From a virus, in the IMG/VR virus record IMGVR_UViG_3300031772_000075: DNA of 43,188 bases; one strand, written 5' to 3'. Position 1 is the first letter of the stretch, and the number at the start of each line of letters is the position of its first letter. This document shows, one piece after another, positions 16,796 through 25,055 of the stretch. A program made the translations under genes and the position numbers. Under the pieces are notes generated by a model. The model was not told where the DNA came from, made no database searches, and worked only from the letters and a program-made list of their open reading frames with translations.

Positions 16796-17527
16796 TCAAC
16801 TCACGTGCGCGACGGCGGCGTTCTTCTCGGCCTTCTTGATGTAGTCCTCGGCGTCCTGGTCCGTCGCCGGCTTCGCGGAGGCCTTGGCCCCGGCGTTCTG
16901 GAAGGTGGCGGCGGGGCCGTCCCCGGACTTGGTGAAGCGGGTGGTGATCTTGAGCTGGTTGTAGAGGGACTGACGGCTCCACACCTTGAAGCCGTGCTTC
17001 TTGGCGAAGGCCTCGCAGCCGTGGAAGATCTCGGCCGCGGTCAGCGCCTTTCCGGCCCCCGCGATGATGTCCCGGGCGACGACGTCGAGCTTGAACCCCT
17101 TCTTCCCGTTCAAGTCTTCCCCGCTGTCGGGCGCTTTCGGCGCCTTGGCGGGCTTGGCTTTGGCGGAGGGCTTGGCTTTGGCGGAGGCCTTCGCGGCGGG
17201 CTTGCCCTTCGCGGCGGGCTTCTTCGCGGCGGGCTTGGCCTGGGCCGGCTTCGCGGAGGCCTTGGCCTGGGCGGGAGCCGACGGCGTGACCATGGCCGCG
17301 TTCGAAATGCCGGCGATGAGGGACCGGAGGACCGACGAGTTCTTCCCGTTCTCCTGGATCTTCTTCTCGATCTGCTCCTGATGCTTCAGGATGCTCTCGT
17401 CGTTGTTTGCGATTCCGCGAATCAGCTTGTCGGCCTGGGCCCCGGCGTTCCGGACCTCAGTCTTCGTCTGAAGCTTCTTCGGCTTGGGTGTGGACACGGT
17501 CTTCGTCTGCGTCTTCGTCTTAGTCAT
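16796..17527 (-). CDS. histone H1-like / Lys-Ala-Pro-rich nucleoid-associated protein
   Basis: MTKTKTQTKTVSTPKPKK N-terminus. A central block of AKPAAK/AKAKPS repeats is encoded by 18-19-bp tandem repeats. The C-terminal region is globular. ATG preceded by GGAGGATTGAGAG. Confidence 0.7.
   Translation of the reverse strand: MTKTKTQTKTVSTPKPKKLQTKTEVRNAGAQADKLIRGIANNDESILKHQEQIEKKIQENGKNSSVLRSLIAGISNAAMVTPSAPAQAKASAKPAQAKPAAKKPAAKGKPAAKASAKAKPSAKAKPAKAPKAPDSGEDLNGKKGFKLDVVARDIIAGAGKALTAAEIFHGCEAFAKKHGFKVWSRQSLYNQLKITTRFTKSGDGPAATFQNAGAKASAKPATDQDAEDYIKKAEKNAAVAHVS
17151..17188. repeat. short tandem repeat (about 18-19 bp x2) encoding AKAKPS repeats
   Basis: ggcttggctttggcggagg repeated in tandem. 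Confidence 0.6.
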
Positions 17528-17592
17528 CTCTCAATCCTCCGTGGACCTTTCCGGGCCCACTTTACCAATTTTTACAGTTTCACACAATAGCG
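17528..17592 (-). promoter_or_regulatory. candidate promoter upstream of the H1-like gene
   Basis: AT-richer 65-bp spacer. On the minus strand: TTGTGT, 17 bp, TAAAGT. Confidence 0.3.
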
Positions 17593-17802
17593 TCACGGGG
17601 TTCTTCGTCTGTCCCTGCGGCCCTGCCTTGCGGCCCTCAACCTCTCGATATCCCCGCTCGACACCACTCCCATTTTTCGGCAGATATACTCACGGCGGTC
17701 CTCGTGGTTCGTGAGCACCGCCCGGAGCCGGGGATCTCCGAACTCCTCGGACAACCCCACCATCTGGGACCACAGCGCCTGGAAGTTTGGCTTGTTCAGC
17801 AC
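17593..17802 (-). CDS. small hypothetical protein (69 aa)
   Basis: GTG start, high GC3, bounded by AT-rich spacers on both sides. Confidence 0.3.
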   Translation of the reverse strand: MLNKPNFQALWSQMVGLSEEFGDPRLRAVLTNHEDRREYICRKMGVVSSGDIERLRAARQGRRDRRRTP

Positions 17803-17859
17803 CCACGACTTTACTGACTGATTTTACCGTGCCGAGTATCGTATTTACGGGGACTGTCG

Positions 17860-18027
17860 ATGACTTACGACGAGTTTTCAGACAAACTGGACAAGATGAC
17901 CGCCGAGTTCCGCCGGGTGAACGGCAGGGACATGACCACGCTCGCGGAGCTGAAGGCCTTTCTCGACCGGCGCCTGACGAAGCCGAAGAAGCGGGGTGCT
18001 AGAAGTTTGAAGGGCCTGTTCGGGTGA
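17860..18027 (+). CDS. small hypothetical protein (55 aa; MTYDEFSDKLDKMTAEFRRVNGRDM...)
   Basis: ATG at 17860 after an AT-rich 57-bp divergent spacer. The TGA overlaps the start of the J-domain gene (GTGATG). Below the 60-aa cut-off of the ORF track. Confidence 0.35.
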   Translation: MTYDEFSDKLDKMTAEFRRVNGRDMTTLAELKAFLDRRLTKPKKRGARSLKGLFG

Positions 18028-18353
18028 TGGACCTATGTGAAGCCTGGCGCCTTTTCGGCCGCGACCTACCCTCCATCGTGGCCGACGCCCGGGCCCGGAA
18101 GAGGGATCAGAGGATGCCCTTCTTGGACGGCCTACTGGAGGAGGCAAAGAAGACCAGGAAGGCTCTGCTTGCCAAGCACCACCCGGACCGGGGTGGGGAC
18201 CCCTCGCAGTTCAAGCGGGTCGAGGACGCCTTCCAGGCCATTGAGAAGGGGACCGAGGAGGCCAGACAGGGCTTCCGGGAGGCCGACGAGAAGCGGGTGG
18301 CGGACCGGGAGAGCAAGCGCTCAGTCTTCATTGACGTGGACCCGCTAAAGTGA
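18024..18353 (+). CDS. J-domain-only protein
   Basis: KALLAKHHPDRGGDPSQFKRVEDAFQAIE is a J-domain helix II-III with HPD. No Zn-finger or C-terminal domains. Confidence 0.65.
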   Translation: MMDLCEAWRLFGRDLPSIVADARARKRDQRMPFLDGLLEEAKKTRKALLAKHHPDRGGDPSQFKRVEDAFQAIEKGTEEARQGFREADEKRVADRESKRSVFIDVDPLK

Positions 18354-19123
18354 ACATTCTTTCATGCGTCCAGTTCCAGCCTCGTTTCGCCAGATGCCCG
18401 GCGGACGTGTCGGACAACGTCAGGCGCTCAGCTCCCCTCATACACGAGGCGGGCCGCGTCGGGTCCCAGCTCATCGTCTTTCCCGAGCTGGCCTTCACCG
18501 GATACTCGTTCCTCGACCGCGACCAGGCCGCCGCCGTCGCCGAGGCGCTCGACGGCATGACGTTCCGGGCCATGCGGGCGGTCGCCGTTGAGCTGAAGGC
18601 CTACGTCGCCTGGGGCTACGTCGAGTCCGCGGAGGGCAGGCTTCACAACTCCTGCTCCATGGTCGGTCCGGACGGCGCCCTCGTCTCCAGTTACCGGAAG
18701 ATCAACCTTTGGGGCAACGACTTTCTTTGGGCCTCACCCGGGAGGGAGCCTGCCCCGATAGTCCAGACCGAGCTTGGTCGGACGTCGGTGATCATATGCC
18801 GGGATCTTCGGGACAAGGTCCCGACGAACATCCCCATCATGGCTTCGAAGAAGCCTCAGCCCTTCTGGAAGGCCCAGAAGGTGGACGTCGTGGCCGCCTG
18901 CCTCAACTGGGGGAAGGGAGGGTTCCCGTCGACGACCTGGATGGACTTCGCCGCCGACAACGAGTGCACCCTGGCCGTCGCCAACCGTTGGGGCGCCGAG
19001 GAGAACGGGACCTTCCGTCAAAGCTTCGGGCAGGGCGGCTCCTGCGTCATCCGCCCCGACTGGACGGTCCACACCGGCGGCTTGAAGTTCAACCAGGACT
19101 GCGTCGTCTCCGCCAGCTATTGA
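18350..19123 (+). CDS. carbon-nitrogen hydrolase (nitrilase superfamily)
   Basis: Catalytic triad contexts are present: LIVFPELAFTGY (Glu), YRKINLW (Lys), VIICRDL (Cys). GTG start overlapping the previous stop (GTGA). Confidence 0.75.
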   Translation: MNILSCVQFQPRFARCPADVSDNVRRSAPLIHEAGRVGSQLIVFPELAFTGYSFLDRDQAAAVAEALDGMTFRAMRAVAVELKAYVAWGYVESAEGRLHNSCSMVGPDGALVSSYRKINLWGNDFLWASPGREPAPIVQTELGRTSVIICRDLRDKVPTNIPIMASKKPQPFWKAQKVDVVAACLNWGKGGFPSTTWMDFAADNECTLAVANRWGAEENGTFRQSFGQGGSCVIRPDWTVHTGGLKFNQDCVVSASY

Positions 19124-19187
19124 CGTAGCTCGGTCGGCGCCCGGCGTAACCTCCGCCATGGGCATTGCGCTCAAGGAGGCGAAGAGG

Positions 19188-20288
19188 ATGTACTCGGCCG
19201 TGAACTCTGAGAATAACGCAATTCATCACTTCTTGAACGTCTTTCGTGAGGCCGTCAACAAGAAGAGTGTGAATGCATCTCTAAACCTGGCATACCTACG
19301 TTCGGGGATACTCCAGTTTGTCGAGTATCAGGCTGAAGGCGGACAGAAGATGATGCTCCCTTACAGGGAGGCGTCATCTTCCTTGGAGCGCGCTCGACTG
19401 TTCGAAATCAGCCATGATGAATACCGTGAAATGCATGTGGCCATCCATGAGTCCCTAGGCCTTGCAGGGGAACAGCCTGGAGATGAAGAACTCGGCCGGT
19501 ATCAACCTGCGGTAGAAGATCTCATTTCTAAAGTCCCCTTTCCACCTCGTCTCCCGTTTCCGCATATCTATATTGGAATATCCAGTCCGGTAGTTCTGGA
19601 CGGGCGCATCCTGCTTTGCGGGTTCTTGCTGGGTCAGCACGGCCAGGCGTGGGAGCTCAGCATAGACTCTTCGAGGGAAGTTCCGATCGTAATGCCTCTC
19701 ACGACGGCTTGCTCCACATATCCGACCGCTCAGGACAAGAGTGTGGGCATTTGGAGGTCGAGGATAGCCGGTCAGTACTCGCCTGCCGCTTTCCTCATGT
19801 ATGAGATAGTGCAGGCAATCATCGGATTCCAAAATCTTAAGATTGAGGTTCCGGACCTCCTCACTAAGCTTTTGGCGAAGAAAAACCGAGTGCCGGGCTT
19901 CCCGAAGGTCGTTCCACCGCCTTTTTACCGTATTCCCCTTACAAATCAGATAGAACGAGTCAAACTTCAGATCCAGCGTCGAGAGATTTCGAAAGGTTCC
20001 TCTTTCTCATACGTTCATGACGTGTGTGGTCATTGGATGACGAGAATCGTTAAAGGCACGACGCCCATCGATCCCAAGTTGTTCAAAAGACTCGTGAAGC
20101 GTGAATACCTGATCTGGATGGACAGATCCAAAATGCCGAAAGAGTATCACGATCTGCTCTCGAAGCGTGGTGTTTATGCGAACTCAGACGAATGGGTCGC
20201 CATTCTTCGTTCTTGGAGAACGGACTTCAAGCGCCCGAAGAACCGTCCGGATCTCCCTTACGTTCCCGCGACGAGAGTTATGGAGTGA
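19188..20288 (+). CDS. hypothetical protein (366 aa) in a lower-GC island
   Basis: ATG with AAGGAGG 9 nt upstream. G+C drops visibly (about 50% by eye) exactly over this gene and returns to high G+C at both ends. No confident domain; weak PD-(D/E)xK-like hints only. Confidence 0.55.
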   Translation: MYSAVNSENNAIHHFLNVFREAVNKKSVNASLNLAYLRSGILQFVEYQAEGGQKMMLPYREASSSLERARLFEISHDEYREMHVAIHESLGLAGEQPGDEELGRYQPAVEDLISKVPFPPRLPFPHIYIGISSPVVLDGRILLCGFLLGQHGQAWELSIDSSREVPIVMPLTTACSTYPTAQDKSVGIWRSRIAGQYSPAAFLMYEIVQAIIGFQNLKIEVPDLLTKLLAKKNRVPGFPKVVPPPFYRIPLTNQIERVKLQIQRREISKGSSFSYVHDVCGHWMTRIVKGTTPIDPKLFKRLVKREYLIWMDRSKMPKEYHDLLSKRGVYANSDEWVAILRSWRTDFKRPKNRPDLPYVPATRVME

Positions 20289-20322
20289 GCCCCGAATAGG
20301 CTTCCTGTCCGTACGGTCTGGT

Positions 20323-20757
20323 ATGGCGGACAACAACCCGATGCATCCCGGACTTCCTCCCTGCCCTCAGCCGTTCGACGACGGCAGCGACTGCGGGTGT
20401 CACACCATCGAGGACATGTCGGTCGACGTGAACCCCGAAAAGAACTGCTGCACGAAGTGCACGGGGGACACGGAGTGCAACATCTGGTTCACGCTCCGCG
20501 CCCCCGGTTTCCCCGGCCGCTGCATCCTGGACGAGCTGACGTACGACCAGGTCTACGACGTCCTGCTTCGAAACCCGAACGCGGCCCGGGACCTTCAGAG
20601 AATCACGAACGACCCGAAGCTCCTGTCGCTCGCGCGCGAGGTCAAGCTCATCGCCCCCGACCAGCAGGACGCTGAGGCGGCGGCCAAGCGCCTCAACGCC
20701 AACAGCCTTCCGTTCTACACCGTCCTCCGGGGAAACTCGGACGGGACCGTCCGATAG
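20323..20757 (+). CDS. Cys-rich hypothetical protein (144 aa)
   Basis: ATG (MADNNPMH...). CPQPFDDGSDCGCH...NCCTKCTGDTECN cysteine cluster. The tabulated start at 20167 runs through the 3' end of the preceding gene. Confidence 0.45.
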   Translation: MADNNPMHPGLPPCPQPFDDGSDCGCHTIEDMSVDVNPEKNCCTKCTGDTECNIWFTLRAPGFPGRCILDELTYDQVYDVLLRNPNAARDLQRITNDPKLLSLAREVKLIAPDQQDAEAAAKRLNANSLPFYTVLRGNSDGTVR

Positions 20758-20780
20758 AGCTTTTCTCGTCGAACGGACAC

Positions 20781-21602
20781 ATGGAGCCCGACAAGCTTTC
20801 CCTTTGCCTCAAGCGCCTGGCGTCCTTCCTGGACCACGGTGCCGTGACCAGGGAGGCGGCGGTCTCCGCCATCAACGGCCTCATCCTCGCCACGGACAAG
20901 TCTCTCGCCCTCGCGGTGAGGGAAGCACTCCATGCCGAGATAGAGAAGCTCATGCCCGGGAAGTTTGAGCTGTACGACACCAACCCGGACGGCAAGGGGT
21001 GGAGGGCCGGCTATATCTCCTTCGGCCTCGGCCCGTCGCAGTGGAAGGACGAGGGAATCATCGGCGGAGTCCTGATTCAGGCCGACTATAACCCGAAGCT
21101 CTTCCGCTCCGAGGCGCCGGAGCCCGCGGACCCGAAGTTCCAGCACTCCCAGGGCGGCGGGATCCTGGAGCTCACGGTAACGGGATGCTATTACAACAAG
21201 CTCCAGGGCGGCGGGTGTGACTCGGACACGGCCGTGGGCGTCGTCGGCCTCAGCGGCGCCGATGTCTACGTCGACGTCGACGAGAGCGTCTTCCAGACCG
21301 ACATCGTCGACCCCGGGATGACGGTGGCCGGACTGGACAAGATCATCCGGGAAATTTCGTCCAACCCTCCGGACTATGCGCAGTCCGAAGGGCGCAAGAG
21401 GAAGAGCCGGGCTCCGACGGGCAGCCCCCAGTCGCTCATGGCGTGGCTCATTCAGCAAAAGCGGTCGGACGTCGGACAGTCCGAGATCGACGCCCTTGCG
21501 AACGCCCAGTCGGCGAAGTCCGGCAAGGCCGTCGGGAACGCGAAGAAGGACATAGCGGACTTCTTCCGAAGCCGGCAGTGGCCCATCAACCCGAACGCCT
21601 AG
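20781..21602 (+). CDS. hypothetical protein (273 aa)
   Basis: Balanced protein-like composition. The opposite-strand 336-aa ORF (20715-21725) is R/L/G/V-rich antisense and was rejected. Confidence 0.55.
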   Translation: MEPDKLSLCLKRLASFLDHGAVTREAAVSAINGLILATDKSLALAVREALHAEIEKLMPGKFELYDTNPDGKGWRAGYISFGLGPSQWKDEGIIGGVLIQADYNPKLFRSEAPEPADPKFQHSQGGGILELTVTGCYYNKLQGGGCDSDTAVGVVGLSGADVYVDVDESVFQTDIVDPGMTVAGLDKIIREISSNPPDYAQSEGRKRKSRAPTGSPQSLMAWLIQQKRSDVGQSEIDALANAQSAKSGKAVGNAKKDIADFFRSRQWPINPNA

Positions 21603-21901
21603 CTCTGGGAGACTAGCTCGACCAGCAGCGTGTTCGGAAGGTCCTTGATGGCCTTCTGCACTACCTCTCGCTCCTCGCCGAACACGTACCAGACCTTCGG
21701 AAGACCGTCCTCGCCGACCTTGCACACGGCCTTCCTGCCGCCACCGGCGGTGACCTGGCGCACGGTGAACTCGGCCTCCTCTCTGTAGCCCTTCAGCGGC
21801 TTCAGGAGGGCCGTGATCTCAAGGGTCACCTTGTCACTGACAGGACAGCTCCATATCACGGTCCTTCTACTGTCGGGAGCCCGGGATTTACGCCCCGGCA
21901 C
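21599..21901 (-). CDS. possible small protein (about 100 aa) downstream of MazG
   Basis: The C-terminal 85 aa are protein-like. A GTG start 2 nt after the MazG stop is preceded by AGGT. The N-terminal part of the tabulated ORF (to 22057) overlaps MazG in another frame and was rejected. Confidence 0.3.
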   Translation of the reverse strand: MPGRKSRAPDSRRTVIWSCPVSDKVTLEITALLKPLKGYREEAEFTVRQVTAGGGRKAVCKVGEDGLPKVWYVFGEEREVVQKAIKDLPNTLLVELVSQS

Positions 21902-21902
21902 T

Positions 21903-22403
21903 TTACCTGAGGGGCTTCCCGTAGTATCCGTCCCGGGCTCGTTGAATGACGACCTCAACTTTGTCGTTGACGAGCTTGGACAGGTTGATGTCAAGGACGT
22001 GGGCGAGCACGTGCGAGTACACGATGACGTCCGGAAGCTCCGACTTGACGGCCTCAAGGACCCTGGCCTGGTCCTCGCCGTTCCGGCGGGCCTTCACGAT
22101 GGCGTTCGCCATCTCGCCGGCCTCCCCGCATATGCCGAGGGTGTAGTACATGGCGGGGTCGTTCCCGTAGGCGTCCTTCTCACCCATCCGCTTGGACTCG
22201 CAGATGGCCTTGTGTGAGCGGATGATCGATGCGGACAGGTCTTCGTCGGCGTCTTCGAGAGAGTCCAGAAGCTCCTTCATCCGGCGGTCGACGTCGTCCT
22301 CCAGCCTGGACATGAGGAGGGTGCTGTGGAAGGCTTCGCGGACCTTCTGCAGCTCGTCGATGCGGGCCCGGATCTCGCTCTTCGTCTCGACAAGGCCGTT
22401 CAT
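21903..22403 (-). CDS. mazG: MazG-like nucleoside-triphosphate pyrophosphohydrolase
   Basis: YYTLGICGEAGEMANAIVKARRNGEDQARVLEAVKSELPDVIVYSHVLAHVLDINLSKLVNDKV is a typical all-alpha MazG core (EVGEL.E...EElGDvL.y...la..lgid). The ATG overlaps the upstream HD gene's stop (ATGA). The tabulated 306-aa ORF N-terminal extension was rejected. Confidence 0.7.
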   Translation of the reverse strand: MNGLVETKSEIRARIDELQKVREAFHSTLLMSRLEDDVDRRMKELLDSLEDADEDLSASIIRSHKAICESKRMGEKDAYGNDPAMYYTLGICGEAGEMANAIVKARRNGEDQARVLEAVKSELPDVIVYSHVLAHVLDINLSKLVNDKVEVVIQRARDGYYGKPLR

Positions 22404-23053
22404 ACCGTGAACCTCTGGGCGAACCCCTCCGCCATGTGCCCGTACAGCGAGGCCAGGGAGGGCCGGTGATCGAAGTTCCTCGGTTTTGTGCCTGCGGCTT
22501 CGTTGAGCTTCTTCGCCATACTCTTCAGGTCCTCGATCATGCGGCCGAAGAACGGGTCGATCTCGGAGTTCCCGCGCTTCTTCTCCCGCCACATGTACTG
22601 GTATAGGGACATGAAGTCGGCGGCCTTCACCACGTCCTTGGCATAGTCGCCCTTCCAATGGTGCGTGTGGCCGAACGACGTGATGTGAAGGTGAACCTCG
22701 TCGAGGAGTGAGCGGACTTCGACCGGGAGGGAGGACGCTAGGCCTTGCTCTGCTTTGTTCACGGCCGCCCGGAACTCCTCGGACGAGTATTTGAAGGTGC
22801 GGACGATGTCTCCGGAGAGGCACTCTAGTGCGTCGTGCGTGAGCGCGTGCTGCATGATGAGCGCGTCCAGCTCCTTCGGCCCGACCAGCTTCCGGTGGAT
22901 CATCATGCTGTAGACCGACACCCAGTACATGTGCGTCGAGTCGTTCTCCGGCACCGTCACCGGGATGCTGCTATAGCGGGTTACATAGTCGAGCCGCCTT
23001 ATGTCACTTGAGGCGGCCTCCAGCAGTGGCTTCCAGTCGAGGATCTTCTCCAT
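22400..23053 (-). CDS. HD-domain 5'-deoxynucleotidase (YfbR-like)
   Basis: ENDSTHMYWVSVYSMMIH aligns with YfbR ENVSEHSLQVAMVAHALA. ALIMQHALTHDALECLSGD aligns with LLAMYHDASEVLTGD. KDVVKAAD aligns with KSLVKQAD. Confidence 0.7.
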   Translation of the reverse strand: MEKILDWKPLLEAASSDIRRLDYVTRYSSIPVTVPENDSTHMYWVSVYSMMIHRKLVGPKELDALIMQHALTHDALECLSGDIVRTFKYSSEEFRAAVNKAEQGLASSLPVEVRSLLDEVHLHITSFGHTHHWKGDYAKDVVKAADFMSLYQYMWREKKRGNSEIDPFFGRMIEDLKSMAKKLNEAAGTKPRNFDHRPSLASLYGHMAEGFAQRFTV

Positions 23054-23237
23054 CCTCCGAGAGTACAGCGGCTGCGTCCACCTGCTCCGGCGTCAGGTCG
23101 TTGATGGTGACTGACGCCCCCCGGGCCGCGAACTCGCCGAGGAGCTGCTCGGCCTCGGGCCTTGTCATCATCGCGTGACGGACGACCGTGTCGCCCTCGT
23201 CGTCGACGTACTCGATGGAGTGGAACCTCTTGCTCAC
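23004..23237 (-). CDS. possible small protein (77 aa), GTGA-coupled to the pcp-like gene
   Basis: A GTG start overlaps the pcp stop. The tail is protein-like (VSKRFHSIEYVDDEGDTVVRHAMMTRPEAEQLLGEF...). The remainder of the tabulated 267-aa ORF is an R/P/G-rich artefact. Confidence 0.3.
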   Translation of the reverse strand: MSKRFHSIEYVDDEGDTVVRHAMMTRPEAEQLLGEFAARGASVTINDLTPEQVDAAAVLSEDGEDPRLEATAGGRLK

Positions 23238-23881
23238 CGTGCACCGTGCTGGGACCGGTACCACTGGGAGACCTGCCCGACGAGGGCCACCGAAGCCTCG
23301 ACGATGCCGGAGAACGAGGCGGTCGACCAAAGCTCGTCCTCGATGACGCCGAAGTCGTTTGGAAACGCGACGTGTATGAAGCCGGCGGCCACGAAGTGAG
23401 GCTGGGGGACGGTCGCCAGATGGTGCAGGACTCCGTACATGAGGGAGTTGCAGACGTGGGTTCCGGCCGAATAGGAAAGCTTGCTGGACACGCCCATTTC
23501 GTTCAGCCTTTCCACGAGGCTGGCGGCCGGGATGGTGGGCTCGTACGCTGGAGGGCCTCCTCGCACGGCGGGCCTGTCCTGGACGGGGATTCGGCTGTTG
23601 TCGCCCATCGGGGAGCGCTCGACGTTGATCGCGAACCGCTCTACCCTCAGGGGGTCGTTCTTCTGAGTGGCTCCGAACATGAGGACGGCGTTCGGCTGAA
23701 AGGCCCCCATCTCCGTGACGAGGATCTCGGTGCTCTTGCCATAGAGCTGAGGGAGGACCAGGCCGCGGACCTCGACTCCCGGGACGGAGACCGCCCCCTC
23801 GTGCCACAGCTTGGCCAGGTCGCCGCTCGGCGAGCGCCTAATCCCCCAGATTGGCTCGAAGCCGGTCAGGACGACCTTCAC
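23234..23881 (-). CDS. pcp: pyroglutamyl-peptidase I (pyrrolidone-carboxylate peptidase, C15)
   Basis: VKVVLTGFEPIW...ERFAINVERSPMGDNSRIPVQDRPAVRGGPPAYEPTIP...SYSAGTHVCNSLMYGVLHH matches Pcp throughout (MKVLVTGFEPF...ERVAIN.DDARIPDNEG..P.D.PI...GPAAYFSTLP...SNTAGTFVCNHLFYG.MH). GTG start with AGGA upstream. The tabulated N-terminal 108 aa were rejected. Confidence 0.8.
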   Translation of the reverse strand: MKVVLTGFEPIWGIRRSPSGDLAKLWHEGAVSVPGVEVRGLVLPQLYGKSTEILVTEMGAFQPNAVLMFGATQKNDPLRVERFAINVERSPMGDNSRIPVQDRPAVRGGPPAYEPTIPAASLVERLNEMGVSSKLSYSAGTHVCNSLMYGVLHHLATVPQPHFVAAGFIHVAFPNDFGVIEDELWSTASFSGIVEASVALVGQVSQWYRSQHGAR

Positions 23882-23923
23882 TCCGATCCTGTACCATAGG
23901 AGTTTGATGGGAGCGTTCTTTCG

Positions 23924-24262
23924 ATGGAGCCTACTGTCCTGTCCGAACACCTCAAGAAGCTGGCCGGCCTCATCGACCGGTCTGAGGCTCCGAGCGCGAA
24001 GGCCGTTCAGGCCGAGCTGGAGCACGTCGTCGCGTCCCTCGAAGGGCGGCAGGCGGCGAAGCTCAACAAGTTCATGGACAAGGACTTCGAGGGCGCCCTC
24101 GACGGGCTCGACAACCTCATCAAGAAGCTCGACAAGACTTCCCGGACCCTGAACCCCCAGGACGAGGGGAAGGCCGAGATCGAGGAGTCGCTGACGGTGC
24201 TCCATCAGCTCCGCAACAGCGTCAAGAGCACGGTCGACGGACTTGAGTCCGTGAACGTTTAG
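23924..24262 (+). CDS. hypothetical coiled-coil protein (112 aa)
   Basis: ATG. K/E/D-rich, heptad-like composition. Divergent from pcp. Confidence 0.5.
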   Translation: MEPTVLSEHLKKLAGLIDRSEAPSAKAVQAELEHVVASLEGRQAAKLNKFMDKDFEGALDGLDNLIKKLDKTSRTLNPQDEGKAEIEESLTVLHQLRNSVKSTVDGLESVNV

Positions 24263-24675
24263 GGCTTTTTCCAGGTCCTCTTGAAGACCTCGACGAGGTC
24301 CTCCCGGGGATTGGCCTTCGCCGCTTCAAGCTTTTCCATCAGCTCCGGGAGGTCGAGCCCGACAAGCTCTGCCGACGCCCGGAGGGCGGCCATCGTCTTC
24401 TCCGGGTCGTCTCCCGGCTGGGAGAGCGCCTGAACGGCGGCCATCGCCGTCCTGGACCGCCATGTCTCCTCTTCCGAGAGCTTGAAGGCCTCCGCCGTCC
24501 CGTCGTGACGGACTCCCAGCCAGAACCCTTCTGCGACCTCGACCTGAGAGCACGGCTTGACGAACATGTCGTTCAGGTACTCGCCCGTGCGCGTGAAGGC
24601 GCCCTCGAACGCTTCCACGTAGTGCGGGACGCACGGCGGGACAAGGTTGGACGGACCCCAGGCTCGTACTCTCAT
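24259..24675 (-). CDS. hypothetical protein (138 aa)
   Basis: Protein-like composition. 4-nt convergent overlap with the preceding gene. Confidence 0.5.
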   Translation of the reverse strand: MRVRAWGPSNLVPPCVPHYVEAFEGAFTRTGEYLNDMFVKPCSQVEVAEGFWLGVRHDGTAEAFKLSEEETWRSRTAMAAVQALSQPGDDPEKTMAALRASAELVGLDLPELMEKLEAAKANPREDLVEVFKRTWKKP

Positions 24676-24684
24676 GCGCTCAAC

Positions 24685-25020
24685 TTACGATCGGATGAGG
24701 CGGAGGACCCCTGTCGGAGTCGGGCCTGAAACCCCAGCGGCGAGACCTGAATAGGTTCCCGTCGGGGTAGGCTGCTCCTCCGGAGGATGGGACCCGGAGG
24801 GCACTCCGAACATCGTCATGAAGATCTTCTTCCCCGTCGGGGACGGGATGGCCTCATAGACCTGCTTCGCGAAATCCGGGTCCGTCCGGCAGCGGTGGGC
24901 TCTTTTCGCCCAGACGCGGCCTCTGTTCGGCGCGTTGAGGCACTCTCCGCACACTCCGTCGTCCAGCTGGCGGGGCCTGTCACACCCTTCACATCTTCCG
25001 ATGCACGAAATCTTGCTCAT
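24685..25020 (-). CDS. small zinc-ribbon protein (111 aa)
   Basis: CIGRCEGC...CGEC Cys cluster near the N-terminus. Confidence 0.4.
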   Translation of the reverse strand: MSKISCIGRCEGCDRPRQLDDGVCGECLNAPNRGRVWAKRAHRCRTDPDFAKQVYEAIPSPTGKKIFMTMFGVPSGSHPPEEQPTPTGTYSGLAAGVSGPTPTGVLRLIRS

Positions 25021-25055
25021 GTCCGTCCGTACACGGTACGGCCGCTGATTTACGG

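Noticed and set aside
16721-17590. 289-aa + strand ORF opposite the H1-like gene
   Set aside because: It is the complement of the AKP-repeat region and gives a G/L/R-rich nonsense translation. The minus-strand gene has a strong SD.
19188-20288. LAGLIDADG or GIY-YIG homing endonuclease, or nucleotidyltransferase, assignment for the low-GC 366-aa protein
   Set aside because: Only one weak LAGLIDADG-like stretch (LLCGFLLGQHG), without acidic residues or a second motif. No GIY..YIG, no GS...DxD. Left as unknown.
20715-21725. 336-aa minus-strand ORF
   Set aside because: Extremely R/G/L/V-rich. The + strand ORF 20781-21602 has balanced, protein-like composition.
23882-24205. N-terminal 108 codons of the tabulated pcp ORF
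   Set aside because: L/V/E/G-rich antisense of the + strand coiled-coil gene 23924-24262. Pcp homology begins at the GTG at 23881 (VKVVLTGFEP).
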